Part shown: piece by piece, positions 17,134 through 26,133 of the stretch
How the letters are laid out: each line of letters opens with the position of its first letter
Numbering within the stretch: position 1 is the first letter of the stretch
Assembly (NCBI GenBank): GCA_903872035.1
Contig: CAIQIZ010000018.1
Coordinates: 1-54,558 of the forward strand
Direction: 5' to 3'
DNA length: 54,558 nucleotides
Source of the DNA: an uncultured bacterium
GTDB taxonomy: Bacteria > Patescibacteriota > Minisyncoccia > Phycocordibacterales > PALSA-1337
Program-made: the position numbers and the translations under genes
The notes under the pieces: model-generated
What the model was told of the DNA's origin: nothing
What the model saw: the letters and a program-made list of their open reading frames with translations, nothing else
Database searches by the model: none

Positions 17134-17228
17134 GAATCTTGATTCAAGATTCATGATTCAAGATCTAAGAACAATCACGATGATGTTATTCTCAAATCTC
17201 GATTCTTGAACCGTAAACCGTTACCCTA
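17134..17228. repeat. Degenerate 7-bp arrays (GATTCAA family) between rpmF and nusB
   Basis: GAATCTT GATTCAA GATTCAT GATTCAA GATCTAA ... GATTCTT GAACCGT AAACCGT. Confidence 0.7.
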
Positions 17229-17231
17229 TGT

Positions 17232-17450
17232 TTACCTTGCAGCCGCTTTGGCCTTGGCCGCTTTTCGTGTAGCTTTGGCAGCCAAATCCAGAACTTTTCG
17301 TCCATTGTATGAACCACAGTTCATGCAAATGCGATGGCTCTGATGCAGAGCTCCGCAAGTGACGCACTTGGAAAAACGCATCGCTGTCAAAGCGTGATGC
17401 GATCTCCTGTTGTCCCGATGGGACCTTGTTCCGCGCATTCGATTTACCAT
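17232..17450 (-). CDS. rpmF: 50S ribosomal protein L32
   Basis: 72 aa, RRSHHAL with CxxC...CxxC; true start at 17450. Confidence 0.92.
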   Translation of the reverse strand: MVNRMRGTRSHRDNRRSHHALTAMRFSKCVTCGALHQSHRICMNCGSYNGRKVLDLAAKATRKAAKAKAAAR

Positions 17451-17528
17451 GTCGCTAGTATTGCACAATCTTTTGAGTTGTGCAATATCTGATTTTCTGT
17501 TATAAATTACACGCTTGCGTAACTGCTT

Positions 17529-17602
17529 GCGCCCATAGCTCAGTCTGGTAGAGCACTCGCCTCTTAAGCGATTGGTCGTTGGTTCGAATCCAACTGGGCG
17601 CA
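17529..17602 (+). tRNA. tRNA-Lys(CTT)
   Basis: GCGCCCATAGCTCAGTCTGGTAGAGCA...CTCTTAA...GGTTCGAATCCAACTGGGCGCA cloverleaf. Confidence 0.95.
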
Positions 17603-17688
17603 CCCGAACGGTTCTAAAAAATAAATAAAAACGCCACACAAGACGTATCCTGTGTGGTTCGATAAATAAGGCTGAAGATCTTGGCCTA

Positions 17689-18144
17689 CTAGGCAAGGCC
17701 GAGTCTCGATCTGATCGTCATCGATGGAAGGCTCGGCGGCTTCGGAGTCGGCAGTGCACCGCTGTGTCGCGCGTTATAGCTGGCGAGCGGATTTTGCTTC
17801 TCGATATATTGAGCGTCGCCAAGGCATTTGACTTCCATCGTTTCCGCCTCCGTGCTCAAACGGGCGGTGATGGACAATCCGATCGGATCGAACGCGACCA
17901 ATTCGAAGGCCGTGCTGAGCGAACTGCAAATGCTTTTTTGGATCCCGCGATTCCTGGTCAATTCCGCATAGGCCATTGCCAAGCGTTTACATATCGGCGT
18001 CGAGCCCTGCTCACTGGAAGTAAGAACTCCAACATTCGCAATCGACAATTTGAAGCCAGGGCCGATGTTTTGTGTGAGTGGCGGAAGAACCGCCGGCAGA
18101 GTTGATGTTTGAGGTTCAGTTAGTCTAGTTAATCTCTTTGCCAT
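17689..18144 (-). CDS. Hypothetical protein (ORFan between two tRNAs)
   Basis: 151 aa with an A-rich leader and upstream TTGACA-N18-TAATGT. Confidence 0.6.
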   Translation of the reverse strand: MAKRLTRLTEPQTSTLPAVLPPLTQNIGPGFKLSIANVGVLTSSEQGSTPICKRLAMAYAELTRNRGIQKSICSSLSTAFELVAFDPIGLSITARLSTEAETMEVKCLGDAQYIEKQNPLASYNARHSGALPTPKPPSLPSMTIRSRLGLA

Positions 18145-18263
18145 AATTTATTTAGTTGTTTAACCGTCCGCCCAATACATTACATCAAGACTGAGATAGG
18201 TGTCAACTCTCCATATTTGCCCACTTGTGTATATCCTTACGAGACCGTACAATTTGCCTGAGC

Positions 18264-18345
18264 GCCGGGGTGGCGAAATTGGTAGACGCGCTAGCCTTAG
18301 GAGCTAGTGGAGCAATCTATGGAGGTTCGAGTCCTCTCCCCGGCA
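18264..18345 (+). tRNA. tRNA-Leu(TAG)
   Basis: GCCGGGG/CCCCGGC acceptor stem, CT-TAG-GA loop, long variable arm, GGTTCGAGTCC T-arm. Confidence 0.95.
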
Positions 18346-18680
18346 CAATGATCCACGAGAAAGCCTGAATGGCTTTCGAGTGGAGTATCATTGTGACTGG
18401 GGAAGGACGAGAAAGCCGGAACGAGCGAGTCCAGCAGGACGAGCCGTGAGGCGGGGTCGCGACCGAGCGAGACTGGTCTCGCGAGAGTCGTGACCGAGTC
18501 CTCTCCCCGGCACAATGATCCACGAGAAAGCCTGAATGGCTTTCGAGTGGAGCATCACTGTGACTGGGGAAGGACGAGAAAGCCGGAACGAGCGAGTCCA
18601 GTAGGACGAGCCGTGAGGCGGGGTCGCGACCGAGTCCTCTCCCCGGCACAATGATCCATGAGGACGCCTAAATGGCGTCC
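18329..18680 (+). repeat. Tandem hairpin repeats beginning with the tRNA-Leu 3' end
   Basis: GAGTCCTCTCCCCGGCACAATGATCCA at 18329, 18496 and 18632; units of 167 and 136 bp, each folding back on itself. Confidence 0.92.
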
Positions 18681-18693
18681 GAATGCATAAGGA

Positions 18694-18722
18694 TTGACAA
18701 TCTTAGCAATTCGTGCTAGCCT
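18694..18722 (+). promoter_or_regulatory. Sigma70-type promoter
   Basis: TTGACA-N17-TAGCCT with extended TG. Confidence 0.65.
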
Positions 18723-18894
18723 TATTTCTGGAACCAGATACTCGACTATTGTGTCTACGCCAAAAGCGTTTACGCGACAGAAGAGCATTTGAAATAGCCA
18801 GAGCTTCGCTCTGCGCACGGTAATCACACCAGGCATCGATCGATGTCGTTCCAAACAACACGGAAAACAAACGGAAAAATGAAAGAATAAGAGA

Positions 18895-19770
18895 ATGAAC
18901 ACACAAGAAGCAGTAGTTGGAACAACAGTAGTCCCCGAGCCCGTTGCAACCGCAACAGCTCCGGACCAAAGCACGGCCACCGCAGTGGCCACCTCGACTT
19001 CCACCTCAACCCAGCCGGAAAAGCCCAGGGTGGAGGTCGTGGAAGAGTTCATCCGCCCCAAAAACATGACGGATGAGGCGCACAACTGGATGGTGAACCC
19101 GAACAGTATCGAGCTCGCCGGCGATGCACCCTACCGTTTCCTCGGATGGGATATTGTCGCGAGACTGAAGCTGATCAAGAAGTCTCCCCTCGCAATCGAG
19201 GATGTTAAATGTCTGGTAATGCCAGACGGGGACCAGGTGAAGTGCGACAGCACCAAGGGAATCTTCCAGCCGGTCAAATACTGGCCGCATGTCTCCCCGG
19301 AAACGGAGGCTGCCCTGAAGTCGGGCGCGACGATCGGGCAGATAACGCTGCCTGAGTACAATGGCGCATTCTTCGTTGATCACAACAAGCAGGAAGTCTT
19401 CGCTGTCTCCGGATGCAAGTTCGGCAAGTTCGGTAAGGACTTCTGCTACGGCAGTTGGCTTTACAAAGCTGCCGTAAAGCGGGCGCTTTCGCGCGTCATC
19501 GCACGTGGCGAGTCCTGGAACGAAACGCCAGAACGTGATCGGGTTCTTTGGGGCTTGGATTATCAAACGCAGTTGGATTTCCTCTCCCAAAGGAAGCAGG
19601 AGCGCCTAGTCCGCAAGGAACGGGAAGCGGCGCTCGACGAGCGCTTCGGCCTCAAGCCTCGTGGTGACCGCCGGAATGGTGGCCGCGACAGCGAACACGA
19701 GAACGGGCGTTACCGTGGCCAGCATAACAGCCGCTCCCAAGAGAAACGCAAGGTCTTCGCTGACCTATAA
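18895..19770 (+). CDS. Hypothetical protein (Thr/Ala-rich N-terminus, Arg-rich C-terminus)
   Basis: 291-aa ORF with its own promoter and terminator. Confidence 0.75.
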   Translation: MNTQEAVVGTTVVPEPVATATAPDQSTATAVATSTSTSTQPEKPRVEVVEEFIRPKNMTDEAHNWMVNPNSIELAGDAPYRFLGWDIVARLKLIKKSPLAIEDVKCLVMPDGDQVKCDSTKGIFQPVKYWPHVSPETEAALKSGATIGQITLPEYNGAFFVDHNKQEVFAVSGCKFGKFGKDFCYGSWLYKAAVKRALSRVIARGESWNETPERDRVLWGLDYQTQLDFLSQRKQERLVRKEREAALDERFGLKPRGDRRNGGRDSEHENGRYRGQHNSRSQEKRKVFADL

Positions 19771-19805
19771 GCAAAGCAGCGAAACGGCTTTAAGCCGAAT
19801 CAATC

Positions 19806-19855
19806 ACCCCATCAGCAATGATGGGGTTGACTTTTTATACAGAATGATATATAAT
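19806..19855 (+). terminator. Terminator overlapping the -35 of the next promoter
   Basis: ACCCCATC/GATGGGGT stem plus T run; TTGACT(19827)-N17-TATAAT(19850). Confidence 0.75.
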
Positions 19856-19941
19856 ACGTGATAGTCCGTTTTACGAATGAAATATAGTTGAAAACAAGGG
19901 CCGCAAGCGATTGCGGCCACAACCAAAGAAAGAGCTAGAAA

Positions 19942-21666
19942 ATGAATGCATTAGTGTTGAAAGGTTTGAAACAGTTAGGCGATTGGTCCGTAGGATGGGA
20001 TCCTACGCCTGAGGCAACGGGCTACGGGCGTCGATATTTCGACTCCCAAGGCAACGACTTCGGGCCGGCCAAGTTCGGCCCGGATACGAATCTAAACATG
20101 GCGGCCCTCAAGGGAAACCCAGGCGAGTATTTCATGCTCGTCGTCCCGATGAAGGACGCTGAGCAGGGCAAACCGTCAGCTGCGAAGCTGACGGTAACAC
20201 CGGAGAAAATCGCAACCTTCGAAATCTTGAGCGAGGCCGAAGCGGCCGAACTCAAGATGGCGGATGAAGCTCCCGCGAGCCCGCCGCCAACGAATCAACC
20301 GGCACCGACCGTGCCTCCCGCGACTCAGCCTCCGACGACGTCACCCGCTAATACGGGAACGCCGACAGTGGTAAATCAACCGCAACCGACCAATCAGGGT
20401 CCCGCGGCTCCTACTGCGACACAGCCTCCGACGACGCAGCCCAATGTGGGAACTACGGCGCCGGCACCTACGAATCCGCCTCAGGCACAAACTCCTCCGG
20501 CACCAGCCACTCCCCCATTAGGAAGTGACTTGAATGCTTTCATGCGAAAGTTGCATGACATGCACCTGACGATGGGCGACGGGCTCGGCGTAGTGGCAAC
20601 TGTTGCCAATAACGTCGGGGCACAGGTCGTTACTGGCCTGAACACCTTGAACACGAGCATGACCACCGGTCATGCCCAAATTCTCGACGCGATCAGGCAA
20701 ATCAGGCCGTCGGCTCCTACTCAGGGAACACCGGCACCGACCGTGCCTCCCGCGACTCAGCCTCCGACCGCGCCGCCAATCAATCAGCCTCCGACCAATC
20801 AGGGACAGCCTACGGGAAATCAACCGCCGGCCGACCGGAAGGGTTGGGTGTACTGGATTGTAATTGGTGTACTAGCGGCGTTAGCACTGGCAGCACTTGC
20901 ATTTTGGGGGTATCCATACCTCTCGAAGCACCTGCCGCATACGGCACCAGATATTACGGCCAACACAACAAATGGTTCGACTGGGAATGCTCTTCCCATC
21001 CCGAGTGGGTTCAGTCCGGTAATATCGAACAACAGTAATTGTAATATTCAGGTGGTTAGCTGCTCAGGCGGCACACCACCGAATATTACGATCACGCCGG
21101 TATTGCCGATGAATCCGCCACCTTCAACGGTCGTGACGACTCCGGCACCGAACGTGTACGTGAACATAACGAACACGTATATGTACCCGACACTTCCGAC
21201 GATGCAACCGCAAGCATCGGAAGCGCCTGCAGCACAACAAGCACCTACAGCACAAGCACCGACGCCGCCAGCGCCAACACAAGCACAAACCACTTCGAAC
21301 TGGGCACCGCAGTCATCTGCAGAGCAAGTTCCGTGGCTTGAGAACCTTCCAGCATCTCAGGGCGAACTGGTAGTCAATGGACCTCGCCCTGAAGCCAATG
21401 GCGACTGGTGCAGCGGCTACTATATCGGATCAAGCGGAAGGTGGTACTGGACGGACACTCAAGGTGTCTTCCATCCCTTCCGAACCAATCATCGCCGCGA
21501 AGAGCTCGGCTACGGACAGTGCCGACAGCCTGAGGTACGGAGAGTGGAAACACGGACGAAGCAGGTAAATCTGATCGTCTGGAAAAGCAGGACTGAGGTG
21601 AGGAGAGAATCTCCGCCTCAACCTTGTCCTCCTCCCCGCTGCGCACCCTACGGCTACAGACCGTAA
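19942..21666 (+). CDS. Pro/Thr/Gln-rich single-pass membrane protein
   Basis: 574 aa; PT-rich repeats with a 39-bp exact duplicate (20298-20336 = 20730-20768); central TM WVYWIVIGVLAALALAALAFW. Confidence 0.8.
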   Translation: MNALVLKGLKQLGDWSVGWDPTPEATGYGRRYFDSQGNDFGPAKFGPDTNLNMAALKGNPGEYFMLVVPMKDAEQGKPSAAKLTVTPEKIATFEILSEAEAAELKMADEAPASPPPTNQPAPTVPPATQPPTTSPANTGTPTVVNQPQPTNQGPAAPTATQPPTTQPNVGTTAPAPTNPPQAQTPPAPATPPLGSDLNAFMRKLHDMHLTMGDGLGVVATVANNVGAQVVTGLNTLNTSMTTGHAQILDAIRQIRPSAPTQGTPAPTVPPATQPPTAPPINQPPTNQGQPTGNQPPADRKGWVYWIVIGVLAALALAALAFWGYPYLSKHLPHTAPDITANTTNGSTGNALPIPSGFSPVISNNSNCNIQVVSCSGGTPPNITITPVLPMNPPPSTVVTTPAPNVYVNITNTYMYPTLPTMQPQASEAPAAQQAPTAQAPTPPAPTQAQTTSNWAPQSSAEQVPWLENLPASQGELVVNGPRPEANGDWCSGYYIGSSGRWYWTDTQGVFHPFRTNHRREELGYGQCRQPEVRRVETRTKQVNLIVWKSRTEVRRESPPQPCPPPRCAPYGYRP

Positions 21667-21686
21667 TGAACATTGGACAGTTTCAC

Positions 21687-21722
21687 AGGTTCCCAGCAAC
21701 GCGTTGTTGCTGGGGCCTTTTC
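21687..21722 (+). terminator. Intrinsic terminator
   Basis: CCCAGCAAC/GTTGCTGGG stem plus T5. Confidence 0.75.
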
Positions 21723-21781
21723 TTATACATAAGTGCTGCAAATGCTAGAAAATTGGCCGTATAGTCACATTTGACAACCTA

Positions 21782-21810
21782 TTGACTTTTGTTCCCTAAT
21801 GTGCTAAACT
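21782..21810 (+). promoter_or_regulatory. Sigma70-type promoter
   Basis: TTGACT-N17-TAAACT with extended TG. Confidence 0.65.
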
Positions 21811-21920
21811 TTACTCAGAACGTGATTCTTCGTTAAGAGTGCACGTTGTCAATTTCATAATAAGAAACAATAAAACCAGGGCTTCCCTACCGGGCGGTCC
21901 TACAAAATGAAGGAAACAGC

Positions 21921-23072
21921 ATGAGAGCAAGTGATCAGATAAAGTCGGCCATTACGGATATTCTAAGAATCCCCGTTTGGCTGGTAACCAAAATTTGGAT
22001 GTTACCAGGGTCGTTGCTAAGCCAAGTTGGCCTAGCACAAAACCGGATTACCGGAACGATCGGGTTCACCTATACTGTCATGATCGCTGGAGGGACCTTC
22101 CTCCTCGTCACTGGCAATATGGAAACCGGGTTCGCAGGTGTCATCCTAGCATCCTTAGCCGTCATCGGCATCACCAAAGGGCTAAAAACCTTTGACCCTC
22201 CCACGGAGGGAATCCTCATGATCTGGAATCGGATCCTGACGGACAAAAAAGGAAACACATCGACCGTTAAAGGTACGACCCTCTTGGCCAACTTCTGGCC
22301 ATTTCTGATCAATGCGAGACCGGTGGACATGACTCGCAAAGAATGGAAATTCGAAATGAAGATTCAATCAGAAAGAGTCGTGCTGCCGAGCGGTCAGGTA
22401 CTACCGTCCATTCCAGTCAAGGGTGTCATCGAGATGACAGCTTTCCCGCTTCGGACAAAAATGATGGATTACATCGCATCCGGCGGACTGGATAACATAT
22501 ACAAGGATATGGGCAAGATCCCATATCAAGTCGTTCAGGCTGCTGTCACAGAACATAAGTTGTCCTACATGGACATGGCTCAATACAGCACAAAACTGGC
22601 AGAGCTTGTCGACGATCACCTGAACGGAACAGCGACGTCCGATGGATGCTTCAAGGAGAAGCGATACGGAGTAGAAACTAGTAATGTTAGAGCCGACTTC
22701 CCTATTCCACCCGAGATCGAGAAGACTATGATCGAATCCGCCAGCGTCATATACGAAAATGATGCTCGGAAGGAAGAGTATAAGGGAGACATCGAGGCTA
22801 TCACCCAGTTCAAAGCACTGGGGCTAGACCCTGAGAAAGCGTCTAACGCTTACTCTGAAGCTCGCCTTATACGAGACGGTCTCGTACATCGCGTACAAGT
22901 CGAAGGTAAGGGTACCTCCATCGGAGGCGCCATTATCTTACGGGACATGCAAGTCTTCCCTGGTGGAAACCAGGGTGGACAAAACCAAGGTCGAGGCGGT
23001 CGACGAAATCGGCGCCAAAACCGGCAAGGTCAAGGTCAGCAAGATCAAGATCAAAGCCAAAACCAAACGTAA
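21921..23072 (+). CDS. Membrane protein with a probable divergent SPFH/band-7 domain
   Basis: N-terminal TMs, then a G-x-LM-x-W-x-R...P-F-L-I...VDM pattern, a helical region and a Gln/Arg/Gly-rich tail. Confidence 0.55.
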   Translation: MRASDQIKSAITDILRIPVWLVTKIWMLPGSLLSQVGLAQNRITGTIGFTYTVMIAGGTFLLVTGNMETGFAGVILASLAVIGITKGLKTFDPPTEGILMIWNRILTDKKGNTSTVKGTTLLANFWPFLINARPVDMTRKEWKFEMKIQSERVVLPSGQVLPSIPVKGVIEMTAFPLRTKMMDYIASGGLDNIYKDMGKIPYQVVQAAVTEHKLSYMDMAQYSTKLAELVDDHLNGTATSDGCFKEKRYGVETSNVRADFPIPPEIEKTMIESASVIYENDARKEEYKGDIEAITQFKALGLDPEKASNAYSEARLIRDGLVHRVQVEGKGTSIGGAIILRDMQVFPGGNQGGQNQGRGGRRNRRQNRQGQGQQDQDQSQNQT

Positions 23073-23102
23073 CAACAGAAAACAATAGAAAGAAATACCC
23101 TT

Positions 23103-23609
23103 ATGGCAGAAAAGACAGAGAAGTCAGAGAAGTCGACGGAATCAAAAGAATACTCGCCGTTCAAGATAATCATGGTTCTAGTGCTTGCCTTTGTGGCGAT
23201 CCACATCTACCGCAACCGGGCCAGCTTACAAGCAGGTCCGGAGGAGCACGTAGGGAGCCAAGCGCAACAGCAACCACAACCCCTACCAACGTTCGAACAT
23301 CCGGCGTACATCCGGATAACGACAGAGGGTTGGGACCAGGCAATACCTGTTCCCAATCTCGGAAGACGGGTAGAGGCTCGTATAGTAACGCGAGGCATCT
23401 GGTGGCAAGTGCGTCCAGACATGGACGACAGTAGGGCCTCAAAGCCTCTCCCGCCGATCCCAGATGGTCCGACTCATATCGTATACCAAGCGCCACCTGG
23501 AGGAGGCTCACAAGTCCAGCAATGGAGGGTCTGGCCAACGCAGGGAGCACCGACCGAGGGTCAGGTCATGTACTGGTACACAAACAACGTGACGATAGTG
23601 TCACGGTAG
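23103..23609 (+). CDS. Single-pass membrane protein, hypothetical
   Basis: TM near the N-terminus and a Trp-rich beta-like C-terminal domain; co-oriented with the SPFH-like gene. Confidence 0.7.
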   Translation: MAEKTEKSEKSTESKEYSPFKIIMVLVLAFVAIHIYRNRASLQAGPEEHVGSQAQQQPQPLPTFEHPAYIRITTEGWDQAIPVPNLGRRVEARIVTRGIWWQVRPDMDDSRASKPLPPIPDGPTHIVYQAPPGGGSQVQQWRVWPTQGAPTEGQVMYWYTNNVTIVSR

Positions 23610-23626
23610 CACAAACAGAACGCAAC

Positions 23627-23666
23627 AGGCCGCAGGGATCTCAAATCCCCGCGGCCTTTATTTTTT
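23627..23666 (+). terminator. Intrinsic terminator
   Basis: AGGCCGC-A-GGGAT-CTCAA-ATCCC-CGCGGCCT followed by T runs. Confidence 0.65.
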
Positions 23667-23698
23667 ACCCGAAACTGAGCGATAATTCACTTATCCTA

Positions 23699-23998
23699 CT
23701 ATTTGAAAGCACCACCTACAGTACCGGAGATCAGATATATTATCCCCCAAGCCGATACCATGATGAACATACCGATCGAACCCCAAAGGATACTTAACTT
23801 GCCTGAAGATCTAGCCTCTTCATCCGAACCATTCAAGACCATCCTTAGCACTCCGTAGACGAATACCAGAAGGGCTACACCGAACATGAGCTCGACTATA
23901 GGATAGACTATTCCTTTAAGGACCGGATTGATAGCGTTTCCAAAAGCAGTCATATCCACTGCCGCGTGCGCGGTCGGTATAAGTTCGAACACTGACAT
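23699..23998 (-). CDS. VirB2/TrbC-like pilin
   Basis: Two TMs; SILWGSIGMFIMVSAWGII motif. Confidence 0.8.
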   Translation of the reverse strand: MSVFELIPTAHAAVDMTAFGNAINPVLKGIVYPIVELMFGVALLVFVYGVLRMVLNGSDEEARSSGKLSILWGSIGMFIMVSAWGIIYLISGTVGGAFK

Positions 23999-24010
23999 GT
24001 GATTGCGGTC

Positions 24011-24412
24011 CTAGTTAACTGTTGGAGGAGTACCAGGGATGTTGTTGCCAGGCATGCCACCAGTCGTCGTATTGTTTCCAAAGTTAGGCAAAGGCTGCTG
24101 TGTAGCCGTTGTGCTGAAAGTATTGGTGAGGATATTGACCAAGCCCCAGATGGAGACGATAACGAACAAACCGACGATACCCCAAAGGATATTCATACCG
24201 GCCTTCGATCTTCCCTCTTCACCGGAACCCTTGATGACGTAGATCACCGTATTCCAGACGATGAATATGACAGCCAAAGCGACCAAGAGATAGACGACGA
24301 CGTTGCCGATGCTAGACAGTTTGGTCGACAGCGAATTGACATCTACGACTTTAGTTTGGGCGAATGCAACGGACGGAGCGACTAATGCTATAAAAGCGAT
24401 GATTTTTTTCAT
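24011..24412 (-). CDS. VirB2/TrbC-like pilin
   Basis: Signal peptide (AFA-Q), two TMs, ILWGIVGLFVIVSIWGLVNIL. Confidence 0.85.
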   Translation of the reverse strand: MKKIIAFIALVAPSVAFAQTKVVDVNSLSTKLSSIGNVVVYLLVALAVIFIVWNTVIYVIKGSGEEGRSKAGMNILWGIVGLFVIVSIWGLVNILTNTFSTTATQQPLPNFGNNTTTGGMPGNNIPGTPPTVN

Positions 24413-24503
24413 ATTTATGATTAATATTAATATTCTATTATAACCAAATCATTATACCTCATCGATAAACAAGGACAAAACCGATACTTGTGGATATGTT
24501 TGG

Positions 24504-24860
24504 CTAGTTATGGTTGATAAAATTGGCATTAGGGAAACCGTTAGTATTGGTTGGCGTTGTGTAATCCGTGGCAAAGGTGTTGAGTAGGATGTTTACCAAG
24601 CCCCAAATGGACACGATTATGGCCAAACCGACGATACCCCACATTATCCTCATACCAGCTTCCCTTCTACCTTCACCAGAGTCTCCCATCATGATGTATT
24701 GCACCGTCGCCCAAACGATATAGACGACTGCCAATGCTACCAACAAATAAACGACCACGTTGCCTATGCTGGCGATCCGATCGACTAAGTCGTTAGCATT
24801 ATCGATCTGCGACAATGGTCCGGTTTGGGCCTGTGCTATGGAATATAGGATATTGGTCAT
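24504..24860 (-). CDS. VirB2/TrbC-like pilin
   Basis: IMWGIVGLAIIVSIWGLVNIL; close paralog of 24011-24412. Confidence 0.85.
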   Translation of the reverse strand: MTNILYSIAQAQTGPLSQIDNANDLVDRIASIGNVVVYLLVALAVVYIVWATVQYIMMGDSGEGRREAGMRIMWGIVGLAIIVSIWGLVNILLNTFATDYTTPTNTNGFPNANFINHN

Positions 24861-24883
24861 ATTAATGATTGATTATCTAAATA

Positions 24884-25243
24884 TTATTGCGGAAAAATGT
24901 TGGAGAAGCTCGTCCACGTACCGGCCGAATTCTGGCCTAAATCAAAAGTAGACATAAGGATATTGACGATCCCCCATAAGGAAAAGATCACAAAGAATCC
25001 GATCACGCTCCACATGACGTACTGGCCTCCTTCGCTACGTCCCTTCTCGCTCGGTCGCATGAAATATTGGATGACATACCAGACGAACATGACGACAGCC
25101 AGACCCATCAAGAGATCCAGAGCGTCGTTAATATATATAGCGGCTGTTCCGACCAGGTCATGCAAAGTCTTGGAGCTCGCGGCAAAAGCGACGAATGGCA
25201 TGAAGGTCGAGCTCGCGACAAGTAGCTGGCTGATTTTTTTCAT
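24884..25243 (-). CDS. VirB2/TrbC-like pilin
   Basis: Signal peptide; VMWSVIGFFVIFSLWGIVNIL. Confidence 0.85.
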   Translation of the reverse strand: MKKISQLLVASSTFMPFVAFAASSKTLHDLVGTAAIYINDALDLLMGLAVVMFVWYVIQYFMRPSEKGRSEGGQYVMWSVIGFFVIFSLWGIVNILMSTFDLGQNSAGTWTSFSNIFPQ

Positions 25244-25310
25244 GTTTGATGATTTGTTAATGAATATTTTGCGTAAATTCCTAATTGCCTAAATCCTAAC
25301 CTCCTAGTCC

Positions 25311-26123
25311 CTAATTTCCTCCCGAATTAGCGCTCCTAGCCTGTTGAATGACATTTTGATTGACCGCGCCGGTAGATGCCAAAGTATTGATCACTACATC
25401 TACAATGACTCTGGCTCCGATCACGATAGCGATACCGACTACCAACCACAGAAACCTCTCATGGAGTTCTTTGATCTTAGTCGAATTACCCATGGCGGTG
25501 ATGTACTGGAAACCGGTGAATATAATCATGAGGACAGCGAATAAGATGACGATGTAGGCAAAAATCTGCACGAAATTCTGCACTAATTGTCCGATAGAGT
25601 TTATGCCGCCTCCATTTAGCGGATTTGTCAGTCTATTGACGCCCCCATTGCTAGAATTTGATCCGTTCCCTGTTGAACCGCTTGCAGGAGAGCCGTTCCC
25701 AGTAGATCCGGAGGCAGGAGAGCCATTACCGGTACTTCCGGTGTTACTTCCCCACCAGGTACTGTTGGAATTAGCATTGGAATTGGCGCCGCTTGCCCCA
25801 GATGTACCGCTATTTCCGGCATTGCTGGGGGCATTACCTGAACTCGCAGCTGTTCCCGCCGAAACATTGCTACTAGTGAGACATGATTGATTATCGCTAG
25901 TAACTCCGTAAGGACAGCAGTCACCTGCAGCATCTACAGTCCCATTACAAAAACCTCCAAATGTATATCCGGAATTCCCCGAGTTGTTTTGATCCGGAGG
26001 AGCATCCAAACTTTGAGCATATACAGTCACATTTGTCTTGTATAAGGCCGCGATCATTAATATGAGCACGGACACCGATACTATCAACTGCATTCTATAT
26101 CTTTGTTGTATATTTGCATTCAT
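25311..26123 (-). CDS. Pilin-like protein with a Gly/Ser/Asn-rich repeat extension
   Basis: Cys-containing N-domain, GSTGNGSPAS repeats, LTNPL followed by a two-TM pilin domain. Confidence 0.8.
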   Translation of the reverse strand: MNANIQQRYRMQLIVSVSVLILMIAALYKTNVTVYAQSLDAPPDQNNSGNSGYTFGGFCNGTVDAAGDCCPYGVTSDNQSCLTSSNVSAGTAASSGNAPSNAGNSGTSGASGANSNANSNSTWWGSNTGSTGNGSPASGSTGNGSPASGSTGNGSNSSNGGVNRLTNPLNGGGINSIGQLVQNFVQIFAYIVILFAVLMIIFTGFQYITAMGNSTKIKELHERFLWLVVGIAIVIGARVIVDVVINTLASTGAVNQNVIQQARSANSGGN

Positions 26124-26133
26124 GATCTTATTA

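Noticed and set aside
17451-17696. N-terminal extension of the 154-aa ORF containing L32
   Set aside because: It is the antisense reading of tRNA-Lys and intergenic DNA.
18297-18651. ORFs across the tRNA-Leu repeats, and a CRISPR interpretation of the repeats
   Set aside because: The ORFs are antisense translations of the repeats. The units are near-identical 136-167 bp tandem copies without unique spacers, and no cas genes are present.
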